DNA of 64,000 bases from Promethearchaeota archaeon. Lineage in GTDB: Archaea > Asgardarchaeota > Lokiarchaeia > Sigyniarchaeales > SOKP01. Position numbers and translations under genes: made by a program. The stretch spans positions 1 through 64,000 of the forward strand of contig JAEOTA010000088.1 in the NCBI GenBank assembly GCA_016840085.1. Reading direction: 5' to 3'. The first letter of the stretch is position 1, and every line of letters begins with the position of its first letter. The notes under the pieces are model-generated. The model made no database searches. It saw only the letters and a list, made by a program, of their open reading frames with translations, and was not told the origin of the DNA. Below are positions 28,654 through 38,777 of the stretch, piece by piece.

Positions 28654-29652
28654 ATATCAGAAGACCAAAAGTCAGAGAAAGAATATAATTTTATCCAGTG
28701 GACAGTAAAAGAATTAAGGGAGTTTGCCTCCAAAAACAATATAAAAGTTCCTTCAAAATCTAAAAAGAATGATATAATTGAATTATTAAAAAAAATTGTG
28801 TCTCATCCTGAATTTGTTGATCGATCTGAAGAACCAGAAGAATTGGAAGAAGAACTTATAGCTGATTTTGATGAAGAGGAAGATCTTGCTTTATTAAGGA
28901 AAGAAAAAATAGACCTGAAATTTTGGCAAAAACCACCTTTTTCAAGTTTATTAGATACAGAACTAGCAAAAGAATCAGATATAGCATTTTATGATTTAGC
29001 TAGTCTAGTTGATAAATTTTTCGATAAAATGCTTCACGAAGATTTAATTAACTATAAGATCTCTGGAATTGCATTGAAGACTTCAGCATCATTACATCAT
29101 TATAAAATTACTAGTATAATAAAAGAAGAAGAACAAATACAGAAAAAGGAAGAATTAGAACGATTTCGACAAAGACATGGGAGATCTATACCAAAAGCTT
29201 TACCCCAACCAATACAACCTAAAATGCTAATTGCTACAAAGGAGGAATTATTCGATGCTATGAGATCTGCTATAATAGAAGTAATGCAAAGCAAAGAAAA
29301 ATTAAAAAGAAGGAGGATGCGAAAAGAAGAATTGAAACAACAGAGAATACAACTGAGATCAAAAGCTCAATTACCCAGAGAACTGTTAAAACATATTAGT
29401 GGAAAAGATCAGACCATTAAAGAGCTTCATAATTCATGGCATAATCGGATAAAAGCCACAATTAATTTAGATAATAAAGAAACTAGTTTCTTTGATTTAA
29501 CAAATATTATTAAAGATGAAGAAGAAAGTAGTATTGGTAGGAAATTTGCTTTAGTAAGAATGTTTTTAGCTCTAATGTTTTTATCCACAGGAGGCAAATT
29601 AAATTTGTCTCAAGATGAAGATTTTAAGAATATATCTGTAGATATAAAATAA
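28654..29652 (+). CDS. scpA: Kleisin ScpA with N-terminal SAP/HeH-like module
   Basis: DLASLVDKFF..M....NYKISGIAL N-kleisin, FLALMFL...GKLNLSQDEDF..I C-kleisin; frame opens at 28648, GGTGA RBS 28643-28647, probable ATA start upstream of the called GTG 28798. Confidence 0.8.
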   Translation: MSEDQKSEKEYNFIQWTVKELREFASKNNIKVPSKSKKNDIIELLKKIVSHPEFVDRSEEPEELEEELIADFDEEEDLALLRKEKIDLKFWQKPPFSSLLDTELAKESDIAFYDLASLVDKFFDKMLHEDLINYKISGIALKTSASLHHYKITSIIKEEEQIQKKEELERFRQRHGRSIPKALPQPIQPKMLIATKEELFDAMRSAIIEVMQSKEKLKRRRMRKEELKQQRIQLRSKAQLPRELLKHISGKDQTIKELHNSWHNRIKATINLDNKETSFFDLTNIIKDEEESSIGRKFALVRMFLALMFLSTGGKLNLSQDEDFKNISVDIK

Positions 29653-29680
29653 AAAAATTAAGGACAAATTTTAAAATCTC

Positions 29681-30601
29681 ATGAATAATATTAATGAAAA
29701 TTTAAAAGAAAATCCAGAGGGAGAATCCCAGGAAGATATTGAAGAAATCTCTGAAGTTGTCTCAAATGAAGAGAGTGAATCAGAAGACTCTAAGGAAAAT
29801 AGTCAACAAATTGAAGAAGTCTCTGTCGATGAAGTAAGTGAAGAAGAATTCGGTGTTGATGACAAAAGAGCTATTATAGAAGAAACAGATGGGGATGTTG
29901 AATTTGAATCTATAGAGCGTGAAAAGATAGAAGATATTGATGAAACGGTTGAAGACAAACCTTTAGAGAGTGAATCAATAGAAGAAATATCATTAGAAGA
30001 ACAGCTAAGAGAATTTGATAGGAACTTAATTGAAGCTTCATTATATGCTGCAGGCAGACCTTTAACAATCGAAGAAATTTCAAATAAGTTAGAAATATCT
30101 AAAAAAAAAGTAGAAGAATTAATCAATGAGGTTGCTTTTGATTATCTAGAACGCTCAACAGCATTAGTTATAGCCCAAATAGGGGATAGATATCAGATGC
30201 AGATTAAACCAGAATATACTGAAAAAGTATCAAAATTTGCTAAAGGAGGAGCTATTGCTGAGCGGTATTTAAGAACCTTAACGATTATTGCTTTAAAACA
30301 GCCAATCTTAAAATCAAGTGTGATCAAATTAAGAGGTACTGGAGCATATGAACATGTAAAATATCTTATTGATAATGGATTTATAGATGCCGTCAAAAAA
30401 GGAAGAACTCATGAGTTAACAACGACAGATAAATATTCGGATATGTTTGGACTACCAAAAGATAAGACTGAATTGAAACGTGTTATGATTAAACAATTAG
30501 GTGTAGAAGAAGTTGCAAGTATTGAACAACCAGAAGTAATCGAAGAAGAAGAAATTGTAGAAAAAGAAAGCCTGGAAAAAGAAAATTTGGAACAAGAATA
30601 A
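29681..30601 (+). CDS. scpB: SMC-Scp complex subunit ScpB with acidic N-terminal extension
   Basis: IEASLYAAGRPL, LRTLTIIALKQPI, RG..AYEHVKYL, TT.KY...FGL. Confidence 0.92.
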   Translation: MNNINENLKENPEGESQEDIEEISEVVSNEESESEDSKENSQQIEEVSVDEVSEEEFGVDDKRAIIEETDGDVEFESIEREKIEDIDETVEDKPLESESIEEISLEEQLREFDRNLIEASLYAAGRPLTIEEISNKLEISKKKVEELINEVAFDYLERSTALVIAQIGDRYQMQIKPEYTEKVSKFAKGGAIAERYLRTLTIIALKQPILKSSVIKLRGTGAYEHVKYLIDNGFIDAVKKGRTHELTTTDKYSDMFGLPKDKTELKRVMIKQLGVEEVASIEQPEVIEEEEIVEKESLEKENLEQE

Positions 30602-30618
30602 ATCCAATCTTCAACAAT

Positions 30619-33219
30619 TTATTTAAAGAAATAAATTATAATATTAAGGTCTTCAATAAATTGCTTTAAATCTGGTTCAGCTTTAATAGACTTCTCTTCC
30701 GACTTATCAATAACTTCTATATTTGCTATTCTAATTGTATTTTTTATATCTTCTCTTGAATCTATAATTTTGTCCCTTTGACTTTTTTCAGTTATAAAGA
30801 TTACTTTATCAATCTCCTGATTTAATGGTATTTGAAGCTGTGATTTATTCATTCTCAGAAATTTTATTAATTCAATGGCTAATTTACCTTTTTCAGATAA
30901 TTCTTTAGAAATATTTTCATAATTCATAGGCCATTTCTCTAAATGAATTGATTTCAAATTTCTAAATTTCTTATAAATGATATGATATATTTCCTCAGCA
31001 ATAAATGGCAGAATAATAGCGAAAATGCTTAATATTTTGTGAAATAGATTTAAAACATTCTTTAATGAGACTCTTCTAATATTTTGGTCTTCTATATAAA
31101 ACTTATATTTTATTGCTTCAATATAATTATCGCAAATATCACTCCAGAAGAAAGATCGTAAAAGCATTGTCGCTTCATGCCAATTGTACACATTAAAATA
31201 ATTTGTAATCATGTCTAACTTTTTGTTAAACTCTGAGAAAAAGAAACAATCAATTGGAGATAAATCTTTAGGATTAATATTCAGGTTATTAATCTCGATC
31301 TTTTTTAAATTTAAGTATAAAAATCTATAAGCGTTCCATAGTTTAGTGATAAATCTTGAAGCACCAACTAATTGTTCATATCTTATCCCATACTTATTAC
31401 TGAATTTATCTTCTGGAAGCTTGTTCCTCTCCTTTAAGATATTTTCAATAGGAACCGGTTGTTTAGATTGAAGATTAACCCAAGAAAATTCGAATGGATA
31501 ATCATCGCCAAGTGAGCCCATAGCTGCCCAATATCTAATAGTATCAGCTCCAAAATCCGGCATAACCTCATCTGGTGATACAGAATTTCCAAGACTCTTA
31601 GACATATGACGACCATCTGGACCAGCAACCATCCCGTTTATCATTACTTCATAAAATGGAGATTTTCCAGTTAATTTTTTACATCGAAATAATGTATAAA
31701 ATAGCCACGTTCGAATAATCTCATACCCTTGAGGTCGATGAACTTTAGCATTTAAATAAGTTTTTTCATAAAAAACCTTATCTTCTTCCCATTTTGCTAT
31801 TTCTAATGGAGTTATGCTTGAATCAATCCAACAATCGCAGATATCTTTCTCTCCTATAATATTTTTGCTCCTACATTTAGGACATTCTTCAACAGGCGCT
31901 GAGACTTTCACTGGATCTAATGGCAACTCCTCTTTTTCTGGAGGTATAACTTCACCACAATCTTTACAATACCAAAATGGTATAGGAGTTCCAAAAACTC
32001 GTTGACGAGAAATTACCCAATTCCAATCTAAACCTTCAGCCCAATCAAGCAATCTTTGTTTCTGTTTTTCTGGATACCATCTCATATTTTCTGCTGATTC
32101 AGTAATCTCCTGAGTAAAATCTTTAACATTAATAAACCACTGATAAACTGGTAAATATTCAATAGGTTTACGACAAGATGGACGTTCAGTGTGAACAATA
32201 ATGCTATGTTCATAATCTTCTATTCTCTCAATTAGTCCATTTTTATCAAGATCTTCGACAATTTGATCTCTAGCTTCCATTATCGTTAAACCTTGATATT
32301 TAGAGTTTTTATTCATATGACCATCTTCAGTAAAGATTTGGATTTCATCCAGATTATATTCGATTTTCCATTTAATATCCATCTCATCTCCGTACGTGCA
32401 AACGTAAACAATACCCGTTCCAAAATTCATATCAACTATGCTATCCATATAAACTCGAACAGTACGATTCGTAAAAGGGATTTCTATTTCAGCAGCAGAT
32501 AGATCGTAATAACGTTCGTCATTTGGATGAACCATTACAGCAACACATGCTTCCATGTATTCTGGACGTGTTGTAGCTATCGTAATATATTCATTTTCTC
32601 TCCCTACAATTGGCAATTTTAAATACCATAATTTTCCTTCCTCTTCCTGATATCCTACTTCTGCTTTAGCAACAGAAGTTTCGCAATTAACACAAAAATG
32701 AGTTGGAAATTTTTCCCGATATAACCATCCTTTTTCATAAAAATAAAGAAGTGATAATTGAACTTTATATTTATAATCATTATTCATAGTACGATATGTA
32801 TAATCCCAATCAGAAGAATAACCTAACTCATCAAATTGTCTTCTCATATTTCTGATATTTCTATCTACCCATTCAACACACTTTTCCAGGAATTCATTTC
32901 GCTGATGTTGGGAGATTCCATATTCCCTTTGCACAGCTAACTCTACCGGAAGGCCATGACAATCGAAACCCTGTGGGAAATAAACATTATCTCCTTTCAT
33001 CTTATGATATCTTGCTACGAAATCGATCCAGGAATGATTTAAAATGTGCCCCATGTGAAGACTTCCACTTACAAATGGAGGAGGTGTATCTATAGAAAAC
33101 ATATCACCCATTTGATTGACATCAAATGCATAAATTTTTTCTTCTTTCCAATATTTCATCCATTTCTCTTGAACTACTTTAAAATTAAACCTTTTTGGAT
33201 ATGTTGTTTCTTGTGCCAT
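30619..33219 (-). CDS. valS: Valine--tRNA ligase
   Basis: IDTPPP..SG.LHMGH, W.ISRQR.FG.PIP, DCWIDSS, HMSKSLGN. Confidence 0.95.
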   Translation of the reverse strand: MAQETTYPKRFNFKVVQEKWMKYWKEEKIYAFDVNQMGDMFSIDTPPPFVSGSLHMGHILNHSWIDFVARYHKMKGDNVYFPQGFDCHGLPVELAVQREYGISQHQRNEFLEKCVEWVDRNIRNMRRQFDELGYSSDWDYTYRTMNNDYKYKVQLSLLYFYEKGWLYREKFPTHFCVNCETSVAKAEVGYQEEEGKLWYLKLPIVGRENEYITIATTRPEYMEACVAVMVHPNDERYYDLSAAEIEIPFTNRTVRVYMDSIVDMNFGTGIVYVCTYGDEMDIKWKIEYNLDEIQIFTEDGHMNKNSKYQGLTIMEARDQIVEDLDKNGLIERIEDYEHSIIVHTERPSCRKPIEYLPVYQWFINVKDFTQEITESAENMRWYPEKQKQRLLDWAEGLDWNWVISRQRVFGTPIPFWYCKDCGEVIPPEKEELPLDPVKVSAPVEECPKCRSKNIIGEKDICDCWIDSSITPLEIAKWEEDKVFYEKTYLNAKVHRPQGYEIIRTWLFYTLFRCKKLTGKSPFYEVMINGMVAGPDGRHMSKSLGNSVSPDEVMPDFGADTIRYWAAMGSLGDDYPFEFSWVNLQSKQPVPIENILKERNKLPEDKFSNKYGIRYEQLVGASRFITKLWNAYRFLYLNLKKIEINNLNINPKDLSPIDCFFFSEFNKKLDMITNYFNVYNWHEATMLLRSFFWSDICDNYIEAIKYKFYIEDQNIRRVSLKNVLNLFHKILSIFAIILPFIAEEIYHIIYKKFRNLKSIHLEKWPMNYENISKELSEKGKLAIELIKFLRMNKSQLQIPLNQEIDKVIFITEKSQRDKIIDSREDIKNTIRIANIEVIDKSEEKSIKAEPDLKQFIEDLNIIIYFFK

Positions 33220-33339
33220 TTTGAACTCTAATTAGAAGGTTATTTAATATAAAAATGTATAATGCTTGATAACTTTATAAGATTTGTTCAAATCATGGTA
33301 GTCAATGTAGCTTTCTTAATGCTATAATTTAAAAAATTT

Positions 33340-33359
33340 AATAGACCTGACGGGAATCG
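33340..33359. repeat. att-like duplicate of tRNA-Ala 3' end
   Basis: AATAGACCTGACGGGAATCG vs AATGGACCTGACGGGAATTG (34165-34184): 18/20, 14-bp perfect core. Confidence 0.75.
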
Positions 33360-33401
33360 TCTAAAAGTGATATCATGAAATTATATTTTTTCTATTAAAT
33401 T

Positions 33402-34013
33402 TTAACTTTTAATCCTTCGACCAATATATCTAAATACTTTTCTTTTATATTCAACATAAGCCTTTCCAAAGATTTCCTCTAATTCTTTTTCTTCTATCTT
33501 AATTCTATAATGAAAATTAATAATGAATATAATAATACATAGGAATGTTATCCATGTTGGAATTATTAAACTAAATCCTATTGTTATAATATGTAATCCA
33601 AGATAAATAGGATTTCTTGATATTGCATATATTCCTGTTGTCTTTAATTCAGATGAGTCAGATTTATCTGCTAAATCTCTTAATGAATTTAGATTAAAAT
33701 ATGCTATTAGAAATATGATGGTTCCAATTATAACAAAAATATCTCCTATATGTTTTAAAAGGTCTATATATAGCATTTCTATCGGTAAAAAAAGATTAAA
33801 TGCTAAAATAGGATTGAAAATATAAATTAATGTTAGAAAGCATATATAGATATATCCTAAAATACAAATTATTATTATTGGATAAATCCATTGAGGAATC
33901 TCAGGAAAATTAACTGCTCTTTCAATTTTATGTGATAATTTTCTATAAATTATATGGAATAAAACGATAATCATTATTATCCAAAAAATCATCAATGATA
34001 TTTTAGTAAACAT
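33402..34013 (-). CDS. Isoprenylcysteine carboxyl methyltransferase / PEMT family membrane protein
   Basis: LKTTGIYAISRNPIYLG and EEKEL...FG..Y..YKRKV.R. Confidence 0.85.
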   Translation of the reverse strand: MFTKISLMIFWIIMIIVLFHIIYRKLSHKIERAVNFPEIPQWIYPIIIICILGYIYICFLTLIYIFNPILAFNLFLPIEMLYIDLLKHIGDIFVIIGTIIFLIAYFNLNSLRDLADKSDSSELKTTGIYAISRNPIYLGLHIITIGFSLIIPTWITFLCIIIFIINFHYRIKIEEKELEEIFGKAYVEYKRKVFRYIGRRIKS

Positions 34014-34166
34014 ATTAAAAAAAAAGAATTAGTTTTAACTAAATTTTATTTTTAGTATGCTTTTAATTTTACTAGAATGATTAATTTTAACTAGATTGAT
34101 AATATATTTACTGCTAACTGGATTCATGTGTTACTTAAAATCCTTTTAAGGTGTGTAATAGTAGAA

Positions 34167-34299
34167 TGGACCTGACGGGAATTGAACCCGTGACCTCTTG
34201 AATACGCGAATCTCTCTAAATGATGTGGATTTTGCGAATCAAGCTTAGGATTAATTTATATAATTATAAATTAATGATCTTCCACTGATCTACAGGCCC
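34167..34299 (-). tRNA. tRNA-Ala(CGC) with two introns (25/26 and 37/38)
   Basis: Spliced: GGGCCTGTAGATCAGTGGAAGATC|GCTTGATTCGCA|TTCAAGAGGTCACGGGTTCAATTCCCGTCAGGTCCA (72 nt, G3:U70); introns 34245-34275 and 34203-34232 form relaxed BHB motifs. Confidence 0.9.
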
Positions 34300-34380
34300 A
34301 AGTATAATTATTTATATTTATTAAAATCAGAATACCTAAAATTATTTATTATTTTTCATGGATTTTTAAAAATTAAGAGA

Positions 34381-36759
34381 TTAATACTCAGTTCGAGCGA
34401 TAATTTCATCTTGTGCGTTTTTTGATAATTCTGTAAAATATACTGAATATCCTGCAATTCTTACAACCAAACCTCTATAATTATCAGGATTTAATTGAGC
34501 TTCGCATAGAGTTTCTTTTCCCACAACATTAAATTGGACTTGATAACCACCTTTAGGTTCAAAAAAAGTTCTAATAAGTGGGATCAACACTTCCGATTTT
34601 AATGAATTTGGATGAAAGGCTAAAATCAGTGAATTACCATTTGTCATTAACTCATTATTAAGTTTTTTTACAGAATTAAGAATAGCAGTAGGACCTTTTT
34701 TATCCATACTACTTGTGGGACATAGACCATTAGACAAGGGTTCTGTTTTTCTTCTACCGTCTGCTGAAGCCCCTGTAAAAAAGCCAAATGCTAAATGAAA
34801 TGTTGTAGAATAAATTCCAGGATTAAATTTCCCTCCTCGATAATTTGAATGCTTTGAAATTTCTTCACAATAAAATTTTGCTACTTTAACAGCTATTTCA
34901 TCAACATAATCATCATCGTTTCCGAATTTTGGTACTTTATTTATAAAAATTTCTCGCCACTCTGTTCCTTTTCTTCCCTGATAAATACCTTTGAAATTTT
35001 TAGCAAGCAATTGAACTAAATCTTTTACTTGAAGAAGATTTTCTTCAAAGACAACTTTTTTAATTACAGCAAGACTATCTGCAACTGTAGCTAAACCAAT
35101 TAATTGCGGACCTGTAAAATTGTAAACTGCTCCGCCTCCAGTTATATCCAATCCACGTTCTAAGCAATCATCTATAGTTGCCGATAAAAATGGTTGCGGA
35201 GTAAGTTCAGCAATTGCTTTATCGAGAAAATACATTGTTTTCACCATATAATCAATGAAATATTTCACTTGCTTCTTAAAGTTATCCCAAAGATCTTCAT
35301 AAGAAGTAATTTCCTTAGAATTTCTAAGTCCATATTCTCTTCTAGTTAACATATCGACTCCATTATTCAATGTTAATTCTAAACATTTCACTACATTGAA
35401 TTGATTAGCATTTGTTGATCCAAATGATTTATATGGATGTTGAGGTTCAACACATCCTATTGGTGCGTATTCTCGAGCATCTTCAAGAGTAAAACCTCGA
35501 TTAATAAGACCAGATATCATTACATCATCATTAAATAAGGCAGTACTAGTACCACTTTTTATAGATTCCCCAACTTTCATAAGAAAATCTTCGGAAGTAT
35601 TTCTATGAATTCTAACACAAAAAGTAGGTTGAACAGTTTTTATATGAGTGTACCCCTCTAAAATAATCAAAGATAATTCATTTGTAGCATCTTTTCCTTC
35701 ACGATCTAATCCCCCAATCACTAAGTTTTCAGCAATAGGAGGTCCTTCGACTGCTATCACTCCTTTTGAAATAACATAATTCCATAAAGTAGAAAGTTTG
35801 ATGAAAAAGCATTCAATAAGAAACTGGACTTTTTCTTTTGTAATTTTTCCTTTTTTTATATCTAATAAATAATAAGGATATAAATACTGATCTAACCGAC
35901 CAACTGAAATAGCAAAGCCGCCATCTTCTAAGCCAGATATTAAATGAGTAAAATAAATTAACTGTAGCGCCTCTTCAAATCCGTTTGGTGGATTTTCAGA
36001 GATATTTTGACAAATTTTAGAAATATCATAAAGTTCTTTCTGGCGTTCGAGATGTTGTTCATTTTCAGCCATTTCTCTTGCTAAATTTGAAAATCTACAG
36101 ATTAATTTCTTAGCCGCATTCAATAAAATGATTACTGACTCTAAAAAAATCTTTTTCTTATTGTTATTAGTAAATTTATCTAAATTCTCCTTAGATTTTT
36201 GAATTAAACCATTGATTCCATTTTTTAATACATTTTTATGTCCAGGAAAAAAATGACCAATTCCACTAGAAAGTTCCACATCTACAGTAAAAACAAGCTT
36301 TTCCATAATATTTCTTATATCTGGATCTAAATATGATTGAAACCGCTCTTGTACAGTTATTTCTTCATTTTTCCAGTAAGGAATTATATCTTCTTTTATA
36401 AACTGTTTCTCTTCACTTGTTAAAAAAAGCCTTTGGACAGGACGAGAATCATAATTTTCAATATCTTGCTCTATTGTATCTATTCGAGCTTCAGGATACA
36501 AGGGAGTTCCTACAAATTTTGTACATCTATTCCCAACTATAAACTCATCATTCCATATTCTTATTGTCATATTTGTTAAATAATAATCCATAGCTTTAGC
36601 AAATCTAATAATTGGGTTCTCTCCTTTGGTTGTTTTATATGAATCTGTAAATAATTTAGCTCTTTCTATACATATTTCATGTGGTGCCTTAACAAGTTTA
36701 CTTTTCATTCTTATTGTGCGTTCTTTATAATTTGAAATGGGAATTTGTTCTAATTGCAT
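34381..36759 (-). CDS. Glycyl radical enzyme (PFL2/eliminase class)
   Basis: GRLDQYL, single-Cys GCVEP loop, QFNVV, VRIAGYS glycyl motif. Confidence 0.9.
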   Translation of the reverse strand: MQLEQIPISNYKERTIRMKSKLVKAPHEICIERAKLFTDSYKTTKGENPIIRFAKAMDYYLTNMTIRIWNDEFIVGNRCTKFVGTPLYPEARIDTIEQDIENYDSRPVQRLFLTSEEKQFIKEDIIPYWKNEEITVQERFQSYLDPDIRNIMEKLVFTVDVELSSGIGHFFPGHKNVLKNGINGLIQKSKENLDKFTNNNKKKIFLESVIILLNAAKKLICRFSNLAREMAENEQHLERQKELYDISKICQNISENPPNGFEEALQLIYFTHLISGLEDGGFAISVGRLDQYLYPYYLLDIKKGKITKEKVQFLIECFFIKLSTLWNYVISKGVIAVEGPPIAENLVIGGLDREGKDATNELSLIILEGYTHIKTVQPTFCVRIHRNTSEDFLMKVGESIKSGTSTALFNDDVMISGLINRGFTLEDAREYAPIGCVEPQHPYKSFGSTNANQFNVVKCLELTLNNGVDMLTRREYGLRNSKEITSYEDLWDNFKKQVKYFIDYMVKTMYFLDKAIAELTPQPFLSATIDDCLERGLDITGGGAVYNFTGPQLIGLATVADSLAVIKKVVFEENLLQVKDLVQLLAKNFKGIYQGRKGTEWREIFINKVPKFGNDDDYVDEIAVKVAKFYCEEISKHSNYRGGKFNPGIYSTTFHLAFGFFTGASADGRRKTEPLSNGLCPTSSMDKKGPTAILNSVKKLNNELMTNGNSLILAFHPNSLKSEVLIPLIRTFFEPKGGYQVQFNVVGKETLCEAQLNPDNYRGLVVRIAGYSVYFTELSKNAQDEIIARTEY

Positions 36760-36840
36760 TTATATCCCTAAATTTTACCAATCATTCAGTTTAATTATAA
36801 TTATAATTGCTCTATTTAATAAACGTTTTTATTATATTTT

Positions 36841-36978
36841 TTTAAAGAAATTCTGGAATTTAAACTTGTTTGGGAAATAGCTTTTAATAAAATCGCTGAA
36901 AAATTTGGAATTTCAAAATCAAAAATAAGTGAAATTTGTAAAAAATATTATATAGAAAAAATAAAAGTTAGTTATTGA
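36841..36978 (+). pseudogene. Remnant HTH gene
   Basis: KLVWEIAFNKIAEKFGISKSKISEICKKYYIEKIKVSY* resembles the LVW..IA..GIS...ICK...GYW HTH family; no start codon, and TGA where W is expected. Confidence 0.45.
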
Positions 36979-37125
36979 ATGAAGAATCGGATATAAGAAA
37001 TTATTTTTTATCTAATATTAAAATCTTATTCTAGAATAAAGTTCAAATCGTATAATCATTATCTATTTGATAATAATAGAATTATTGTAATTTAAAAAAT
37101 TCCCATGAAGAATGGAGAAAATTAA

Positions 37126-37677
37126 ATGCCCTATTCTTATATAACGATAAATTGGAATCTTCCTAAAATAAATTCGAGAAATGAGTTAAGAAAATATGTT
37201 GTACTTAAATTTATGGAGGAAAATCCTGGTCGAGGAACTGGAACATTAGTTTCTAGATATAAATACATAGTTGAAAACTTTTCAGATGGAAGAAAATAAT
37301 ATTTAATTAGACCTGCTCAATATAAGATGGGATTTGATTTTCAAATATGGATGGAGAACTGGAATAAATCTAACATACATAAAATGCCTAGTTATATAGA
37401 CATCATTCAAGATTTAAAACTAAAGGAACAAGAGAATCAACGTAATTTTAACATTTTACTTAAAGCTATAGATAAAATTTTCATATGTGAAGACGATAAC
37501 CGCATTTTAAATTGGTTAAAAGCAAAAAATATAATCTTCTCTGCCGGTGAAAACATTAATGTTTTGCTAAAAATTATTAAATGGATGTTTATTGAACAAG
37601 ATATAAGATATTGGAATTTTAGTGGCCAGATGAAATTAAAAAATTTTATTGATAATAATTTTAAAATCGCACCTTAA
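37126..37677 (+). pseudogene. Interrupted gene, putative methylase-associated endonuclease
   Basis: ATG 37126 in frame with the 37327 ORF; single TAA at 37297-37299; KWMFIEQDIRYWNFSG motif; near Dam MTase. Confidence 0.55.
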
Positions 37678-37726
37678 AATGATAATTATTATATTGGTAG
37701 TAAAATCAAAACTGAAATTTTCTTAA

Positions 37727-38638
37727 TTAATTAACTTTTTCACTTTTCCAAATATAGATTCGATTTCTAATACCACTTTCGAGCATCCAAATTTCATCTT
37801 CACCATTAACTAAGTCTAGTATACTTTTAACAAACAGATTTTTAAAAATAAATCTTATTTGATTTGCTTCAATCAAAGTGTCTTTCTTATGAATACTAGT
37901 ATCTAATTTCTCATCAAACTGTTCAATATTAAAGAGTACTTTATTTTTAATTGGGATGCCAACATGAAATATAAAACGTACTATTGCTGTAGTTTCATCT
38001 ATTAAATATTCATCACCTTTAGTTCTTATAAGGGCAACTTCAGCAAAAGTCTTTAAATCATCTATTTTAAATCTACCTTTAACCGTTCCAATTGAATATC
38101 CTCCAAACCTTTTAGAAATCCAATTACATATTCTCTCTCTATATTGAACTTCAGAATCTTCCTTCTCTTTTGGAAAAGCATTATATAATTCATTTAAGGG
38201 AATTCTATTTAATGTCAACTTAATAGTGTCTTTATAAAAAAGCTCATCTAATGATGACCTTAAATCTGATTCATTTGTTAAGGGCATGAAAAATTCAAAT
38301 ATCATCAAATCTGTATAATATTCTTCTATGTAATCTACTTTAATCTTCGAACTTTGCGAATAAAAACCCCGAAATTTCTTCCATTTCGAATATTTCTTAA
38401 AAATACCAGAAACTAAGAATTTTCCTTTATCATTTGGAGATTCTTCCAGTAAATGTTTAAATTTTTTTGAAAAATATGTTTCAAAATTATCGGGATTTGG
38501 ATAATCTGCAAATTGTTTAAATTCTTCTTTTGAAAAAGCTTCAGGTGTTCGAGAATGGTCTTTTAAAAAAATAAAAGCTCTCCTTATAGGATCTTCAGAA
38601 TTCTCCAAATTTCTCTCTCTAGAATTCATTTTAATCAT
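37727..38638 (-). CDS. Hypothetical protein (possible N-terminal wHTH) downstream of Dam MTase
   Basis: 303-aa ORF co-oriented with the MTase; no family recognised. Confidence 0.55.
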   Translation of the reverse strand: MIKMNSRERNLENSEDPIRRAFIFLKDHSRTPEAFSKEEFKQFADYPNPDNFETYFSKKFKHLLEESPNDKGKFLVSGIFKKYSKWKKFRGFYSQSSKIKVDYIEEYYTDLMIFEFFMPLTNESDLRSSLDELFYKDTIKLTLNRIPLNELYNAFPKEKEDSEVQYRERICNWISKRFGGYSIGTVKGRFKIDDLKTFAEVALIRTKGDEYLIDETTAIVRFIFHVGIPIKNKVLFNIEQFDEKLDTSIHKKDTLIEANQIRFIFKNLFVKSILDLVNGEDEIWMLESGIRNRIYIWKSEKVN

Positions 38639-38777
38639 CTTTTGGTTTTAATTTGAAGAAAAAAATTCTCTTAGAATAATTCTCTGTCTAATAATTCTAT
38701 ATTGAAAACGATAGAATAATAAACTTTTTGATTCTTTCTCCAAATTTTATTTCCCATAAAAATAGAATGTGATATTG

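Noticed and set aside
33402-34013. ICMT acting on prenylated Rab-like GTPase
   Set aside because: The family is widespread in prokaryotes, and the GTPases here lack C-terminal cysteines.
36976-36978. Selenocysteine TGA readthrough
   Set aside because: The position corresponds to Trp in a start-less HTH remnant; no redox motif or SECIS seen.
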